Assembly: GCA_963778945.1 (NCBI GenBank)
Contig: CAVZWL010000005.1
Span: 2,062 to 66,061, forward strand
DNA length: 64,000 nucleotides
Direction: 5' to 3'
Source: Ignavibacteriota bacterium
GTDB lineage: Bacteria > Bacteroidota > Ignavibacteria > UBA10030
The position numbers and the translations under genes were made by a program. The notes under the pieces were generated by a model. The model saw nothing but the letters and a program-made list of their open reading frames with translations, was not told where the DNA came from and did no database searches. Below, in pieces: positions 43,533 through 56,261 of this stretch; the first letter of the stretch is position 1, and each line of letters starts with the position of its first letter.

Positions 43533-46500
43533 TTGAAAAGGTACATCCCTATGGAATTATCGAGAAGTAGTTTTCGCCGCTGGCCTATTTTTAGAATCGT
43601 TGGCACGTATGCGATTGCCGGCGGGCTATGGATTTATTTCTCCGATACCATTCTGCTCGCAGTCACTCATAATCCGGTTCTCATCGGACAAATCGCCGTC
43701 TTGAAGGGATTTGTCTACGTCGCTCTGACTTCGTTGCTGCTGTATGCTTTGATCACACGTTACATCTATCAAGTTGCAAAGACTGAAGATCTGCTGAAAA
43801 ACAGCGAAGAAAAGTACCGAACACTTCATGAAAGTTTGCGGGATGGATACGTTTTTGTGGATATGAATGCAGTTATCAAAGATTCCAATGAAGCGTTTCA
43901 ACAGATCACAGGATATGCGGGCGAAGAGCTTCTTCATCTCACGTATCTCGATATCACTCCATCCCGATGGCATAAATTCGAAAAAACTGTTATTGAAGAA
44001 CAGGTCCGTTTAAAAGGATACTCCGATGTTTATGAAAAGGAATATTGGAGAAAGGACGGCGTGATTGTTCCTGTGGAACTTCGCGTGTTTCTGGTTAAGG
44101 ATGAAAACGGCGAGAATCAGGGCATGTGGGCGCTCGTCCGGGATATCTCCGAACGCAAGCAGGCAGATACGATCTTAAAGGCAAGTGAAACTAAATTCCG
44201 GTCGATCTTCGAAAGTTCGCACGATGCCATCGGCGTCTCGAAAAACGGCATGCAGGTTATCGTGAACCCTGCTTACGTCAAAATGTTCGGGTACAGCAGC
44301 GAAAAAGAATTGCTGGAAAGTCCTCTTCTTAATCTTTTCGCCCCGTCACAGCGGGATACCGTCGCCCGCTCTATTCGCTCCAAAGCAAACAGAGAAGAGA
44401 CGCCAAGCACTTATGTTACGCGCGCTTTGAGAAAAGACGGTTCCGAATTCGATGTAGAGATACAAATCTCGGCTTATTTTTTAAACAATGAACTCAACAC
44501 GCTCGTTGTGATCCGAGATATCAGCGAGCGGCAGGAAATGGTCGATGCACTCCGAAAAAGCGAAGAAAATTACCGCCTTTTATTTCTCAATAATCCTTTG
44601 CCTCTCTGGGTCATTGACCGGCAGACACTTGCTTTCCTTGCCGTGAATGATGCTGCAGTACAGCACTACGGATATACGGAAAAAGAGTTTCTATCGATGA
44701 CGCTGAAAGACATTCGTCCTGAAGAAGATATTAAGGTTTTTCTTGAAGACGTGAAAAAGGGAGATGGTCCTCTGCGCGAACCAGGGATATGGAGACACAG
44801 GAAAAAGAATGGAACAATTATAGACGCAGAAATTACAACGCACGACCTCCAGTTTGAAGGAAAATCCGCACGGCTCGTACTGGCAAATGACGTGACCAAG
44901 CGAAAAGAAGCCGAAGAAGAATTGACAAAAACGAAAATCTTGCTTGAACAGACATTCGAACAGTCTCCGACTCCTATGGTGCTCGTCAGTATGCCGGATA
45001 TGATTATTCGGATTGCCAACCCGGCATGCATAGACTATCTGGGTATAAATGATGAGCCGTCGGTTATCGGCAAGCCTTTGATGAGTACCGATTTTTCTTT
45101 CAAAGATTATAATGCTCAGGGAAATCTCGATTCAGCGAAAGACCTTCCGCTTGCACGCGCACTTGCGGGTCAAAAGACCAGGCAGGAAGAACGAAAGATC
45201 GTGAGAAAGGATGGAACGATTCGCTGGGAGCTGGTCAGCGGCGTGCCTATTTATAATGATAGCGGAGAAATTATAGCCGGTTATCTTATCATGATGGACA
45301 TTACCGACCGTAAAAGAATGGAAGAAGCATTGCGCGAAAGTGAAACGCGCTTCCGGCTTCTTTCGGAAAATGCGGCGGATGTTATCTGGATTTTAGATAC
45401 TTCGACGAGGAAAATCACGTATGTCAGCCCTTCGGTTCAAAAACTCCGGGGATATACGCCCGAGGAAGTCATGGCGCAGTCCTTGAACGAAGTGTTGACT
45501 CCGGAATCGGCAGCAAAAGTCAGGATATTACTTGCAGAGAGAATAGCAGAGTTTGAACGGAGCGGCTCGCCGACTCTCTCTTATAGAGATGAAATCGATC
45601 AGCCGTGCAGGGACGGATCCGTCGTCAGGACCCGAGACGACAACGACATATCTCCGCAGAGGGGACGGACAAATAGAAATTGTGGGCGCTTCGCGCGATA
45701 TCACCGAACGAAAACGTGCAGAAAATTTGCTGCGGCTGAGCGAGGAAAAATTTAGAATTGCCTTTATTACGAGTCCGGATTCGATCAATATCAACAGGAT
45801 GGAAGATGGAATGTATATTTCCATCAATCAGGGCTTTACGCGTATTGTCGGCTATTCTGAAGCAGATTGTATCGGAAAAACTTCCCTTGAGTTGAGTATC
45901 TGGGTGCATTCGGCGGACAGAGATAAATTGGTAGCAGGATTGAAAGAGCATGGGAAAGTGGAGAATATCGAAACATTATTCCGTGCAAAGGACGGCACGA
46001 TTCTCAACGGTTTGATGTCCGCTTCTATTATTCAATTGAATGGAGCGCCTCATATCATTTCAATCACGCGCGATATTACAGATCGTAAAAAAGCTGAAGA
46101 AGCGTTACGCATGTCTGAAGCCAAATACCGCGATTTGGTAGAACAGATTAACGAGGTTATTTTTTCGATCGATATGGAAGGGGTTTTTACGTACATCAGT
46201 CCAACGGCAGAAATGCTGAGCGGATATCGCGCCGAAGAAATAATCGGACGCTCCATCAGGGATTTTATTTATCCTGAATTTTTACAAAACATACAGGAGC
46301 AATTCAAGAAAGCATTATCAGGACATTTGGAACCGATGGAATACCGCATACAAATAAAATCAGGCGAGTCCCGCTGGATCCGATGCTCTATTAAACCCAT
46401 GCGTGAGGTAAACCGGCCTGTCGGTTTCCGCGGCGTCCTGACGGATATTACACCGCGCAAACAAATAGAAGAATCGCTGAATCTTCTCAGTCATACGGTT

Positions 46501-47969
46501 AAAAGTATCAGCGAATGCGTCACCATTACCGACCTGCATAATAAAATTCTTTTTACGAATCAAGCATTCCAGGAAACATTCGGCCGTTCTGAAAAAGAGC
46601 TTATCGGCAAGTCCATCGATGAACTCGATATTCTTATGAATTATCAAGATCAGGCTATCATGACTGCCACATTAGCCGGCGGATGGCAGGGGGAAGTGCT
46701 GACCAGGAAACAAGACGGATCAATCTTCCCTATGTTCCTTTCAACCTCGGTCGTACGCAATGAAAAGGGAGAGCCCATCGCCTGCGTGGGCACAGCAACA
46801 GATATTACCGAACAAAAAAGGCTTCAGCAAGAGCTGCTCCAATCTCAAAAGATGGTAAGTATCGGCACGCTGGCAGGCGGCATCGCACATGATTTCAATA
46901 ACATTCTCAATATCATTCTCGGCTATTCGGCGCTTTTAGAGAAAAGAAAATCGGATACGGAAAAATTTAGCGAATACGTGCAGGCTATTACTCATGCTGT
47001 TGAACGTGGAACATCGCTGGTTCGCCAGATTCTTACGTTTGCGCGTAAGACAGGAGCGGAATTTGAATCGGTCAGCATCTATGAACTGATCCGCGAACTC
47101 TTTTCTATGCTTCAGCAAACATTCCCGAAAACCGTTCTGTTCAGCGAACAACTTGAACCCGGCCTGCCGCTGCTCTATTCCGATCATTCGCAGTTGCATC
47201 AAGTTTTCCTGAATCTCTGCGTCAATGCGCGCGATGCTATGCCGAAAGGCGGCACCATTACTATAGGAGCATCAAAGATAACGCAGGAGTTGATGAAAGA
47301 GCGGTTCCCAAAATCCGAACGGGAAGAATATCTATGCCTGAGTGTCGAGGATACGGGCATAGGGATGGATGAGGCGACGCGTTCCAGAATTTTTGATCCG
47401 TTTTTTACGACGAAAGAAAAAGGAAAAGGAACCGGATTAGGACTTGCAGTGGTATACGGAATTATCCAATCACACCGCGGTTTTATCGAAGTCGAAAGTG
47501 AGGTCGGACAGGGGTACGATTTTCCGTATATATCTGCCCCTGCAGAAGCAGCCGCCCGAAACGGCGAATAAGGGATCTGAAAAAACGGAAAATTTGTCAT
47601 GGAAATGAAAAGATCCTCATCGTAGAAGACGAGGAGATGCTTCTGGAATTGTGTGCACCACACTTGAAATAAACGGATATTCGGTCGTTAAAGCGGCGGG
47701 GCGGCCAAGAGGCAATCAAACTGTACGAACAAAACAGGGAAACAATAGCCGCCGTTATTACGGATTTGGGATTTCCGGAAATGCAGGGAAATGAAGAATT
47801 TTAAAAGCTGAGAGCGATAAATCCGGGAGTGAAAGTTATTATCGCAAGCGGATATTTCGATTCCAAGCTTAAAAACGAATTGATCACAGCCGGAGTCGAT
47901 GGTTTTCTTCAGAAGCCGTATAGGCCGGATGAAATAACATCCCTGCTGGATGAGGTTCTGAAAAGATAG
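43533..47969 (+). CDS. Multi-PAS hybrid sensor histidine kinase with C-terminal receiver (frameshifted)
   Basis: 2 TM, about 8 PAS/PAC repeats (RDISERK), AGGIAHDFNN, FFTTKEKGKGTGLGL, receiver remnants ILIVEDE...FLQKPY. Confidence 0.9.
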
Positions 47970-48130
47970 TGAATGGTTAATGGTAAATGGTAAATGGTAG
48001 CCGGAGGCCTAAAAATGTTATTCCGCGGAAGCGGGATTCAATATAGAGAACAGTATATGCTAATGGTAAATAGGTGAATGGTTAATGGAAAAGTAAATGG
48101 TAAATAGTGAATAGTAAATGGTGAATGATT
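47966..48130 (+). repeat. Hairpin element family B, copy B, in an (AATGGTA)n tract
   Basis: GTAGCCGGAGGCCTAAAAATGTTATTCCGC-GGAA-GCGGGATTCAATATAGAGAACAGTATA flanked by heptamers. Confidence 0.8.
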
Positions 48131-48156
48131 AATTATATACTTCCAATTTTTTGCTT

Positions 48157-49137
48157 CTACTTACCGGGAGCAGAAAAATGTTCAACCTGGTGTTTTACAG
48201 GCGGAAGCGTTCTCAAATATGTATACATAGCTGCCAGATCTTCTTCTTTCATACCCGAAAATAAAATCCAGGGCATAATGGTTTGAGATTTCATTGAATC
48301 AGGAGAAAGTTGAGCCGTACCGGGTGCGGCAAAACTCTTGAACCGGGCAATAAAAGCTTCCTTAGACCAATTCCCGATTCCGGTTTCTTCGTCCGGTGTA
48401 ATATTGGCCGAACGAATCATTCCTGCCGGCATGTTAAATTCCATTCCACCTGCAAACTCCAGTCCTTGAATCGGTTTGCCATTTGATTGAGGTGTATGGC
48501 AGTCGGCGCAGCCGGCGGCATTGACTAAGTATTTGCCGTATTCATAAGGATCATTCTGACGAGGTTCCGGCTGAGTTTGGTGCGGTGAAGGTACGGTTCT
48601 GATGATAAAATTCACAGGAAAATTGACATGTGAGAGCGGTACATTATTTTCTACGGGTGGAAGCGTGCGAATGTATGTGATGATAGAATAGATATCTTCA
48701 TCGGTCATATTGTTATAACGGGTATAAGGCATGAGAGGGAAAAGAACCCTTCCATTCTTCGTGACTCCCGATGTTATCGTACGAAAAAGCTCTCCGTCCG
48801 TGTATGAGCCGATACCCGCCGGCGTTATGTTGGCAGAATATAAAGCCCCCGGTATTCCGATGTTCTCGTCGAATACTTCACCCCCTTTGCCTTCCGTTCC
48901 TTGAGTAATCGGGCCCGCATAATATTTCCAATTTCGAGTCGAATGACAATCGATGCATCCGGATACATTTTCGGCGAGATACTTTCCGCGTTCCAATCGC
49001 TGCGGGGTTCGTTCGATATGTAACGAGGGAGCCGGATCTATGTCCGGATACTTTAAAAAGAAATACGATAATCCGGAAATAAGAAAAACGACAATGACTG
49101 CACCGGCTGCCAAGAGATATCGCTTCACTTTTTTCAC
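48157..49137 (-). CDS. Membrane-anchored diheme cytochrome c
   Basis: RGKYL...CIDCH and YGKYL...CADCH, NITP motifs. Confidence 0.9.
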   Translation of the reverse strand: MKKVKRYLLAAGAVIVVFLISGLSYFFLKYPDIDPAPSLHIERTPQRLERGKYLAENVSGCIDCHSTRNWKYYAGPITQGTEGKGGEVFDENIGIPGALYSANITPAGIGSYTDGELFRTITSGVTKNGRVLFPLMPYTRYNNMTDEDIYSIITYIRTLPPVENNVPLSHVNFPVNFIIRTVPSPHQTQPEPRQNDPYEYGKYLVNAAGCADCHTPQSNGKPIQGLEFAGGMEFNMPAGMIRSANITPDEETGIGNWSKEAFIARFKSFAAPGTAQLSPDSMKSQTIMPWILFSGMKEEDLAAMYTYLRTLPPVKHQVEHFSAPGK

Positions 49138-49216
49138 AGCTCCTCCTCAATGTATGATGATCGCAGATGAATATTTCTCTCTAAACTCATAAAAACGCGG
49201 AGAAGTTCCCATGGTT

Positions 49217-49282
49217 CATGGTAAATGGTAAATGGAGAATGGTGAATGGTGATTGGTAAATCGTGAATGGTAAATGGAGAAG
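49217..49282. repeat. Heptamer tandem tract (AATGGTA-like)
   Basis: About 9 degenerate 7-bp units. Confidence 0.75.
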
Positions 49283-49317
49283 AGAAGGAAAATTTAACTC
49301 CTGCGTAAAGCAGGAAC

Positions 49318-49981
49318 TCAAGCGCCTGCGGCAGTATTCGATCGATGCCGGTCGATCCAATATCCCCAGGGAACAATCAGCCATTGCGTAAGAGAAAATA
49401 AAGCCATCGTATGTCCGTCAACAGGAGTTTTGCTGACAATGTCGCCTATGTACAGCAGGACTTCGAGTCCGATAAACGACCATAATGCAAATGATCCTAT
49501 GGAATCTCGAGGCGCTGTAGCGCGAAGATACAAATATACTCCAAAAGCAAACATACACGATTCGAGAATAATCGTCCATCCGATAGAATTCCACAATCCC
49601 AATCCCACAAACCAATGCAGTCTCGGTGCAATCGGCATATCCGGACGATGAGAAATAAAGTCCAGCATCCAATGACTCAGTACAGGTACATCCAAGAATA
49701 ATTGCACCGCTCCATTCTCTGCGCTTAAGAAAATAAATGCCGGCAAAAATGGATGCCCAAAGTATATTGGTAACAAGACTATGGGAAATCGGATAGTCAT
49801 AAAAATCGTACGGCGTAAATGCAGTAATGCCGGGTGCAGGCATCACATGTTCCGCACCGAAAAGGATAAAGAGTGGAAAAATAAGATCGGCAAATTGTGC
49901 TGCAAGCAGCAGCGTGCCCAGCCGAATTTGGGGTGCGGCTTTCTTTGCTGCAAACGCTGCTGCTGTATGACCGATGAACAT
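49318..49981 (-). CDS. Membrane-bound metal-dependent hydrolase family (frameshifted)
   Basis: MFIGH, YPISHSL, SHWMLDFISHRPDMP, GLGLWNS, WIDRHR. Confidence 0.8.
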
Positions 49982-50018
49982 CGCGATGTCATTCTATCCG
50001 GTGAAAAGGGGGCATCTA

Positions 50019-51932
50019 TTATTTCCCCATCTTCGTGAGAATTTTTTCCATCTCGTCCATGACGCGGTTCATTTTTTTCATTGTAAGTTCAAAGGGTTCG
50101 GAAGTTGTCATATCGACTCCCGCCTTCTTCAGCAGTTCAATCGGATAATCGGATCCGCCGGCGGAAAGGAATTCGATGTATTTTTTTGTCGAAGCTTTAT
50201 CACCGGCCAGCGTCAGCTCGGACAAAGCGGCTGAAGCAGTAAAAGAAGTTGCGTACTGGAAGACATAGTAATTGTAATAAAAGTGAGGTATGAACATCCA
50301 TTCCGCCTTTATCTCATCGTCAACGATACATGTGCCCTGGTCGTGACCGTAATATTTTCTTGTGATTTCGAGATATTCTTTGTTCAGAACATCTCCTGTC
50401 AATGGTTCTCCTTTTTCCGCCATTTCATGAATTTTCAATTCGAATTCTGCAAATTGAGTCTGACGGAACACCGTGCCCTTGATTCCTTCCAGATAGCTGC
50501 CGAGCAAGGACAGCCGTGCTGAATCGTCTTTGATATTTTTCAGCATATAATCGATCAGAAGCGCTTCATTGAATGTGGATGCCACCTCAGCGACAAAGAT
50601 CGGATAATCCGAAGTCGGGTACGGCTGTGTTTTGTTCGAGAGATAACTTTGCATCGAATGACCGAGTTCGTGCGCCATGGTACTCATGTCGTCGTATTTG
50701 CCGTTGTAATTGAGAAGGATATACGGATGGACATCGTAAGCCGCACCTTGAGAATATGCGCCCGAACGTTTCCCTTCGGTCGGATACACATCGATCCAGC
50801 GGTCGGCGAATGCCTTCTTGATAACGGATACATAATCGTCTCCGAGCGGCTTTAAAGCGTCTAGGACGTGCTGCTGCGATTCTTCGACGGTGTACTTGAG
50901 ATCGACATCCTTCAAAAGCGGTGCATACAGATCGTAGTAGTGCAGCTGGTCTACGCCGAGAATGCGTTTCCTTAATTTGAGGTATCGATGAAATGTAGCG
51001 AGGTTTTTATCTACGTTCTCGATAAGACTATAATACACCTGCACCGGAACATTATTGGCGTCCAGGGAGCTTTCGAGGCACGTGCGATATTTCCGTGCAT
51101 TTTTATAGAATAAATCCTGACAGATTTCAGCATTAAGCTGCGTTCCGAAGGTTCTCCTGAATTCGTTAAGCTTCGCAAAAAATGTCTCGAATACTTTTTT
51201 ACGATCCTCGCGGTTCGTCGATGCCCGGTGGAGACTGTAGCCGGCTTGATCGAGTTTTACGGTATCGCCGCTGCCAAGAGTGATCGAAGGATATGGAAAA
51301 TCCGCATTTGAGAAAATGCTGTAAATGTTGCCCGCCGAGGAAGCCATGATCCCTGCGTCGGCGATTATTTTTTCTTCTCCTTCGGTTCCCGTATGCGCTT
51401 TGCGGCGGAGAAGGTCGTCTAAGTAGTGCTTGTAGATTTGCAGTCCCTTTTCTTCACGCATGAATTGAAGTATTTTAGCGGAATCGATCTTCAATATTTC
51501 CGGCTCGATAAACGAAGCAGCCGCTCCGAACTCGGTTCCTTTCTGACCGATTTCCTGCTGCATGCCGAGGTACTTCGACACGCGCGTATCTTGATCCGAA
51601 TTCAGGCCGGCATATGCACTCAACCTGGAGTATTCTTTCGCTAAACGCGATCCGAGTTCCAGGCAGCCGAGGAGCTGCTGTGCGGAAGACCCGAGAGTTC
51701 CGGCATATTGTTTTAAAGAAGGGAAATCGGCTATAAATTTTTCCTTTGCCTGCTTCCATGCATCGTCTGATGGATAAAGGTCGGCAAGATTCCATTTATA
51801 CTGATCCTGAATTTTACTCCGGTCACGTTCCTGCGCGAAGAAGAGGTTTGAAGATGCCAGAGAGATGCCGATCAACGGCAGAGCAAATTTTAAAAAGGAA
51901 TGCATTTCATCACCTTTGATGATATGAGACAT
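50019..51932 (-). CDS. pepF: Oligoendopeptidase F (M3B) with signal peptide
   Basis: KWNLADLY, GKRSGAY, HELGH, AEVASTFNE, IPHFYYNYYVFQY. Confidence 0.93.
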   Translation of the reverse strand: MSHIIKGDEMHSFLKFALPLIGISLASSNLFFAQERDRSKIQDQYKWNLADLYPSDDAWKQAKEKFIADFPSLKQYAGTLGSSAQQLLGCLELGSRLAKEYSRLSAYAGLNSDQDTRVSKYLGMQQEIGQKGTEFGAAASFIEPEILKIDSAKILQFMREEKGLQIYKHYLDDLLRRKAHTGTEGEEKIIADAGIMASSAGNIYSIFSNADFPYPSITLGSGDTVKLDQAGYSLHRASTNREDRKKVFETFFAKLNEFRRTFGTQLNAEICQDLFYKNARKYRTCLESSLDANNVPVQVYYSLIENVDKNLATFHRYLKLRKRILGVDQLHYYDLYAPLLKDVDLKYTVEESQQHVLDALKPLGDDYVSVIKKAFADRWIDVYPTEGKRSGAYSQGAAYDVHPYILLNYNGKYDDMSTMAHELGHSMQSYLSNKTQPYPTSDYPIFVAEVASTFNEALLIDYMLKNIKDDSARLSLLGSYLEGIKGTVFRQTQFAEFELKIHEMAEKGEPLTGDVLNKEYLEITRKYYGHDQGTCIVDDEIKAEWMFIPHFYYNYYVFQYATSFTASAALSELTLAGDKASTKKYIEFLSAGGSDYPIELLKKAGVDMTTSEPFELTMKKMNRVMDEMEKILTKMGK

Positions 51933-52139
51933 GAGTATGAACTACCTTTCAGTAAAACAGTATTTATTTCCGATGCATCGCCGCCGGAATGTTCTGCAGC
52001 TTATGTTTTAATGTACGGGATCAAAAATCCGGAGGCAAGAGTGAAACGAAAAACTCACACTTTGGATATTCCTGGATGGAAACACTTCCGAAATCATTGA
52101 AATCTCAGTATCTTGACCATTATAAATAAGGGATTGCCG

Positions 52140-53649
52140 ATGAAGCGTTTTTTCTTAAAATATATTTCTGTATGGTTCCTGCTCCCAGCCGTATCCGCTT
52201 CTCTTCTCTCCGGACAGCCGCGAACGATCACCATATTGCATACGAACGATATGCATGCAGATTTTATTCCTCACCAAGCATTCTGGTCTCAAGAGACGCC
52301 GAAGCCGCTCGTGGGAGGGTTTAATGAATTGGATGAGGAGATCGACAGCGTACGGCATGTCAAACCGGATGTGCTTTTAATCGATGCCGGAGATGTCATG
52401 ACCGGCAATCCAATCACCGAATATGCGTACGAAGGGGCTGAAGGAGGGGCATTATTCGCGATGATGCGCATGATCGGTTACGATGTATGGACTATCGGCA
52501 ATCATGATTTCGATATTTCGCAGGCGAACCTCCGGAAACTTGTACACATAGCGGGATTTCCAGCGGTTTCTGCAAACATTGTCGATACGGCGGGGAAATT
52601 TCCGGTCGGCAACGAAGAATATATCGTTCTTGAAAAAGCAGGATTGCGCATCGGCATTTTTGGTTTGATGTCGAAGGATTTTTTCACTCTGGTCAGCAAG
52701 AAAAGCAGCAGCGGCATCGTTATTCTTCCGCCCATCGAAACCGCGCAGCGTATCATCGACAAGCTTCGATCCAGGACCGATCTCATCATTGCGGTTACAC
52801 ATGAAGGCGTGGAGGATGATTCTGTTCTTGCAGCAAATGTCGAGGGACTGGACGTCATCGTCGGTGGACATTCGCACACGCGCTTGAAAGTACCCGAAAA
52901 ACGTAAAGGGCGTCGTTATCGTTCAGACCGGGTCGAATTGCGAGAATCTCGGTGAACTGACATTGACCGTTGAAAAGCACAAGATTTTAGCCTGCGAGGG
53001 CAAATTGCTGCCGTTGCGAGTACCATCCGGCCGGCCGAAAACCGCACTTTCGCATTTGATCGATTCGCTCAATGATAAAATCAACTCTGATTATGCAGAG
53101 GTCATTGGAACGTTGAAATCGGGATGGGTGATCGGCCGCGGCAGAGAAAGCAATGCAGGCAACTTTATCGCCGATGCCCAGCGAGAAGCGGCCGCAGCCG
53201 ATATCGGATTCATGAATACGCATGGCATGCGCAAGAATCTCTCCGCTGGCTCGATTACCAAACGTGATTTGTTCGAAGTACTCCCGTTCCGGAACGAACT
53301 TGTGACGTTTACTATGCCGGGGGCTGCAATACGCCGGTTCCTTCGATATTATATTGAGAAACACCCGGCTGTGCAAACTTCCGGGCTGCGGGCGGAATGG
53401 AGAATGAAACCGGATAGTACAATTGAATTCATAAAAATTCTGGTGAACGGCCGGCCGCTGGATGACGCAAAAATCTATACCGCAGCCGCAAGCGACTATC
53501 TTGCAGGAGATGCGGAAATGTATCTGGGAATAGAAAAACCGGCTCCGGTGTTTGTCAATAAGACGGTTTATGCAGTGGTCGAGCAAAAAGTGCGTGCACT
53601 GAAAGAGGTCAATGCCGGCATCGAGCATCGTATTCAAGAAGTGAAATGA
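52140..53649 (+). CDS. Bifunctional metallophosphatase/5'-nucleotidase (frameshift near 52900)
   Basis: ILHTNDMH, DAGD, GNHDFD, VGGHSHT, GNFIADA, LPFRN. Confidence 0.9.
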
Positions 53650-53869
53650 AATCGGAATCGTTATGAGCGGACATTTTCCTCTCCTTATCATGACCGGACA
53701 TCCGGCTGCCGGGCAGCCGTTCGAAACCGGCGATCTTCGAACCAGACAGGGCAAATCGTTTTTATTGCGTGAGGAAAATACCGGTCGAGGATCAACATCT
53801 CTGGAATTTGTTTGTGGCCGTCTTGCAGTTGATTCGAGCAAGAAGCATTTTTAATGGGAATAGAAGGCA

Positions 53870-55645
53870 ATGATAGGAATGCACGAACAAGAGCGTGACC
53901 AATTCGGGCTGAAGTTTCGGAACGCCAGTCCTCTCAGGAAACTGATGTATCTCTACCGGGGACAGCATTTCAAAATCGCCATTTCAATCGGCATCTTTGC
54001 AATTAAACATTCTCCTGTCTGGATACTTCCCGTCGTTCTTGCCCGCATGATTAACATTATCAGCGATCCGGTCAAATACACCATCCATGACTTGTGGTGG
54101 GTAGGAGCAATTTTTTTTATCATCATCATGCAAAATATTCCTATGCATACGCTGTATGTGAGAGTCTTCAGCAGCGCATTGAATACAATGCAGGTGCAGC
54201 TGCGATCATCCATTGTGCGGCGTTTGCAGGAACTGTCAATTTCCTTTCACGATACATACCAGTCCGGAAAACTTCAGACCAAAATACTGCGCGATGTAGA
54301 AACACTTGAAATACTCTCCCGTAATCTTATGAATTCCGTCTTTCCTGCTGTTCTCACCATCCTCGTCGCGTTTTCATTCACCATTATGAGCCAGCCGCTT
54401 GTTGCTCTGTTTTATCTGGTATCTGTTCCGGTTTCGTCGAGTCTTGTCTTCTTGTTTTCAAAAAAAATGACTGCGAGAAACAGGGAATATCGTACGGAAA
54501 TAGAGTCTCTTTCAGCAAGCGTCGTTGAAATGATTCAGATGATTCCCATTACACGGGCGCATGGGGTAGAAGAACTGGAAGTCTCAAAAATGGATTCACG
54601 GCTTGAGAATGTAAAGCGCAAAGGCATCCGGCTCGAAGTGATCGGTGCTCTCTTCAGTGCATTTTCATGGACATCCTTCCAGATCGTCATGCTCATATGT
54701 TTGATGTTCACATCTATCCTTGCATTTAAAAAAATGATCAGTGTCGGAGACGTCGTTCTTTTTCAGAGCTTTTTTGCCATGATTGTCGGGGCTGTCAACA
54801 TGATTCTGAATGCTTATCCTGAACTTTCCCGCGGTTTTGAATCGATCCGATCGATCGGAGAAATTCTTGAATCTCCGGACATCGAACAAAACGAAGGGAA
54901 GCGCAAAATCGAACGCGTCGACGGGCATTTCGTTTTCGATGCTGTCTGTTATGCATATGATAAAGCCCTGCAGCCGGCGGTTAAAGACTTTTCTCTCGAG
55001 ATGAAAGCCGGCGAGTCGGTTGCTTTTGTAGGTGAATCGGGTTCGGGAAAATCGACGTTGATGAGTCTTGTCATTGGATTTCGGAGACCCACGGCCGGGA
55101 GGATACACCTGGATGGACAAGATATGCAGGATTTGGACCTGAGGCAGTACAGGCGATTTCTGGCCGTTGTTCCCCAGACGACACTGCTGTTCAGCGGATC
55201 GGTTTTGGAGAATATTGCTTACGGCTCCGATGCCGTCGATGCCAAAAAGGTCTGGGAAATTCTGGAAGCTGCCAATGCTGCCGAATTCGTTTCCAAAATG
55301 CCTCAAGGGCTCGATACAAAACTCGGCGAACGGGGAGCGCGGCTTTCTGGAGGGCAGCGTCAGCGCATTGCCATTGCGCGGGCGCTGATACGGGATCCGA
55401 AAATCATCGTGCTTGATGAAGCGACTTCGGCGCTCGATGTAGTTTCAGAATCTCTTATTCAGGAGGCGATTGGGCGGCTGGTGAAAGGCAGAACCACGTT
55501 CATCGTAGCGCACAGATTGTCGACTATTCGAAATGCGGACAGAATTGTCGTCATGAAGCACGGGATGTGTATAGAATCCGGGACTCATGAGCAGTTGATG
55601 AACGCAAAAGGAGAATTTTATAAATTCAAGAAACTTCAGCAATAA
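53870..55645 (+). CDS. ABC exporter, fused permease/ATPase
   Basis: 6 TM, GESGSGKST, LSGGQRQR, LDEATSALD. Confidence 0.93.
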   Translation: MIGMHEQERDQFGLKFRNASPLRKLMYLYRGQHFKIAISIGIFAIKHSPVWILPVVLARMINIISDPVKYTIHDLWWVGAIFFIIIMQNIPMHTLYVRVFSSALNTMQVQLRSSIVRRLQELSISFHDTYQSGKLQTKILRDVETLEILSRNLMNSVFPAVLTILVAFSFTIMSQPLVALFYLVSVPVSSSLVFLFSKKMTARNREYRTEIESLSASVVEMIQMIPITRAHGVEELEVSKMDSRLENVKRKGIRLEVIGALFSAFSWTSFQIVMLICLMFTSILAFKKMISVGDVVLFQSFFAMIVGAVNMILNAYPELSRGFESIRSIGEILESPDIEQNEGKRKIERVDGHFVFDAVCYAYDKALQPAVKDFSLEMKAGESVAFVGESGSGKSTLMSLVIGFRRPTAGRIHLDGQDMQDLDLRQYRRFLAVVPQTTLLFSGSVLENIAYGSDAVDAKKVWEILEAANAAEFVSKMPQGLDTKLGERGARLSGGQRQRIAIARALIRDPKIIVLDEATSALDVVSESLIQEAIGRLVKGRTTFIVAHRLSTIRNADRIVVMKHGMCIESGTHEQLMNAKGEFYKFKKLQQ

Positions 55646-55650
55646 AAAAA

Positions 55651-55810
55651 GTTCGTAGTTCGTAGTGCTTGGTTCGGTGTTATAATATTATTAGTTCTTT
55701 GGTTTATCAGTTATTTTGTTTATCGTTTCCATATTGAATCATGCTATCGCATGATGACATTCTCAGGCCTCCGGCTGCCATTCACTATTCACCATTTGCT
55801 ATTCACTGTC
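55651..55810 (-). repeat. Hairpin element family B, divergent copy C, with heptamer flanks
   Basis: 55731-55780 ATATTGAATCATGC-TATC-GCATGATGACATTCTCAGGCCTCCGGCTGCCA. Confidence 0.7.
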
Positions 55811-55816
55811 TTTTAA

Positions 55817-56210
55817 TTAATTGGCGGCGGCTCGGAGAGGGAAACGCGGAATCGTGACTTCGAATGACGACCCATCGGTGCGTTCCATAAGGTAATAACC
55901 TTCCATCGACCCTTCCATCGATTCGAGTATGCAATAACTATTGTAACTCATGACGTTTATTTGGAAAGATTTGAGGTTGTTTTCCAATCACACCTTCGCC
56001 GTCGATGTTTTCCGTTTTACCTGTGGAGTGCTCGATATGCCAGTGCCGGCGCAGCAGCTTGACCGGTTCACGGGATAGATTATCAATCCGGACGAAATAC
56101 GCGAAGACGAATTTCTTGACAAGAAAATCGGATTGTCCGTCCAGATAAATCGGCTGAACGGTGACGCGTATACCTTCTGTAATTTCTGAAAAAACCATAC
56201 GTTTGACCAT
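55817..56210 (-). CDS. apaG: ApaG protein (frameshift near 55950)
   Basis: TEGIRVTV, FAYFVRI, LLRRHWHI, GEGVIGKQP, GSMEGYY. Confidence 0.9.
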
Positions 56211-56261
56211 TGCTGAGCGAAGGGATTCCTAAGAATTCCTCCGCTCAGGTGAAATGATTTC

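Noticed and set aside
52987-53841. Long antisense ORFs (also 27239..27850, 54665..55306, 60445..61029)
   Set aside because: Antisense shadows of well-supported genes.
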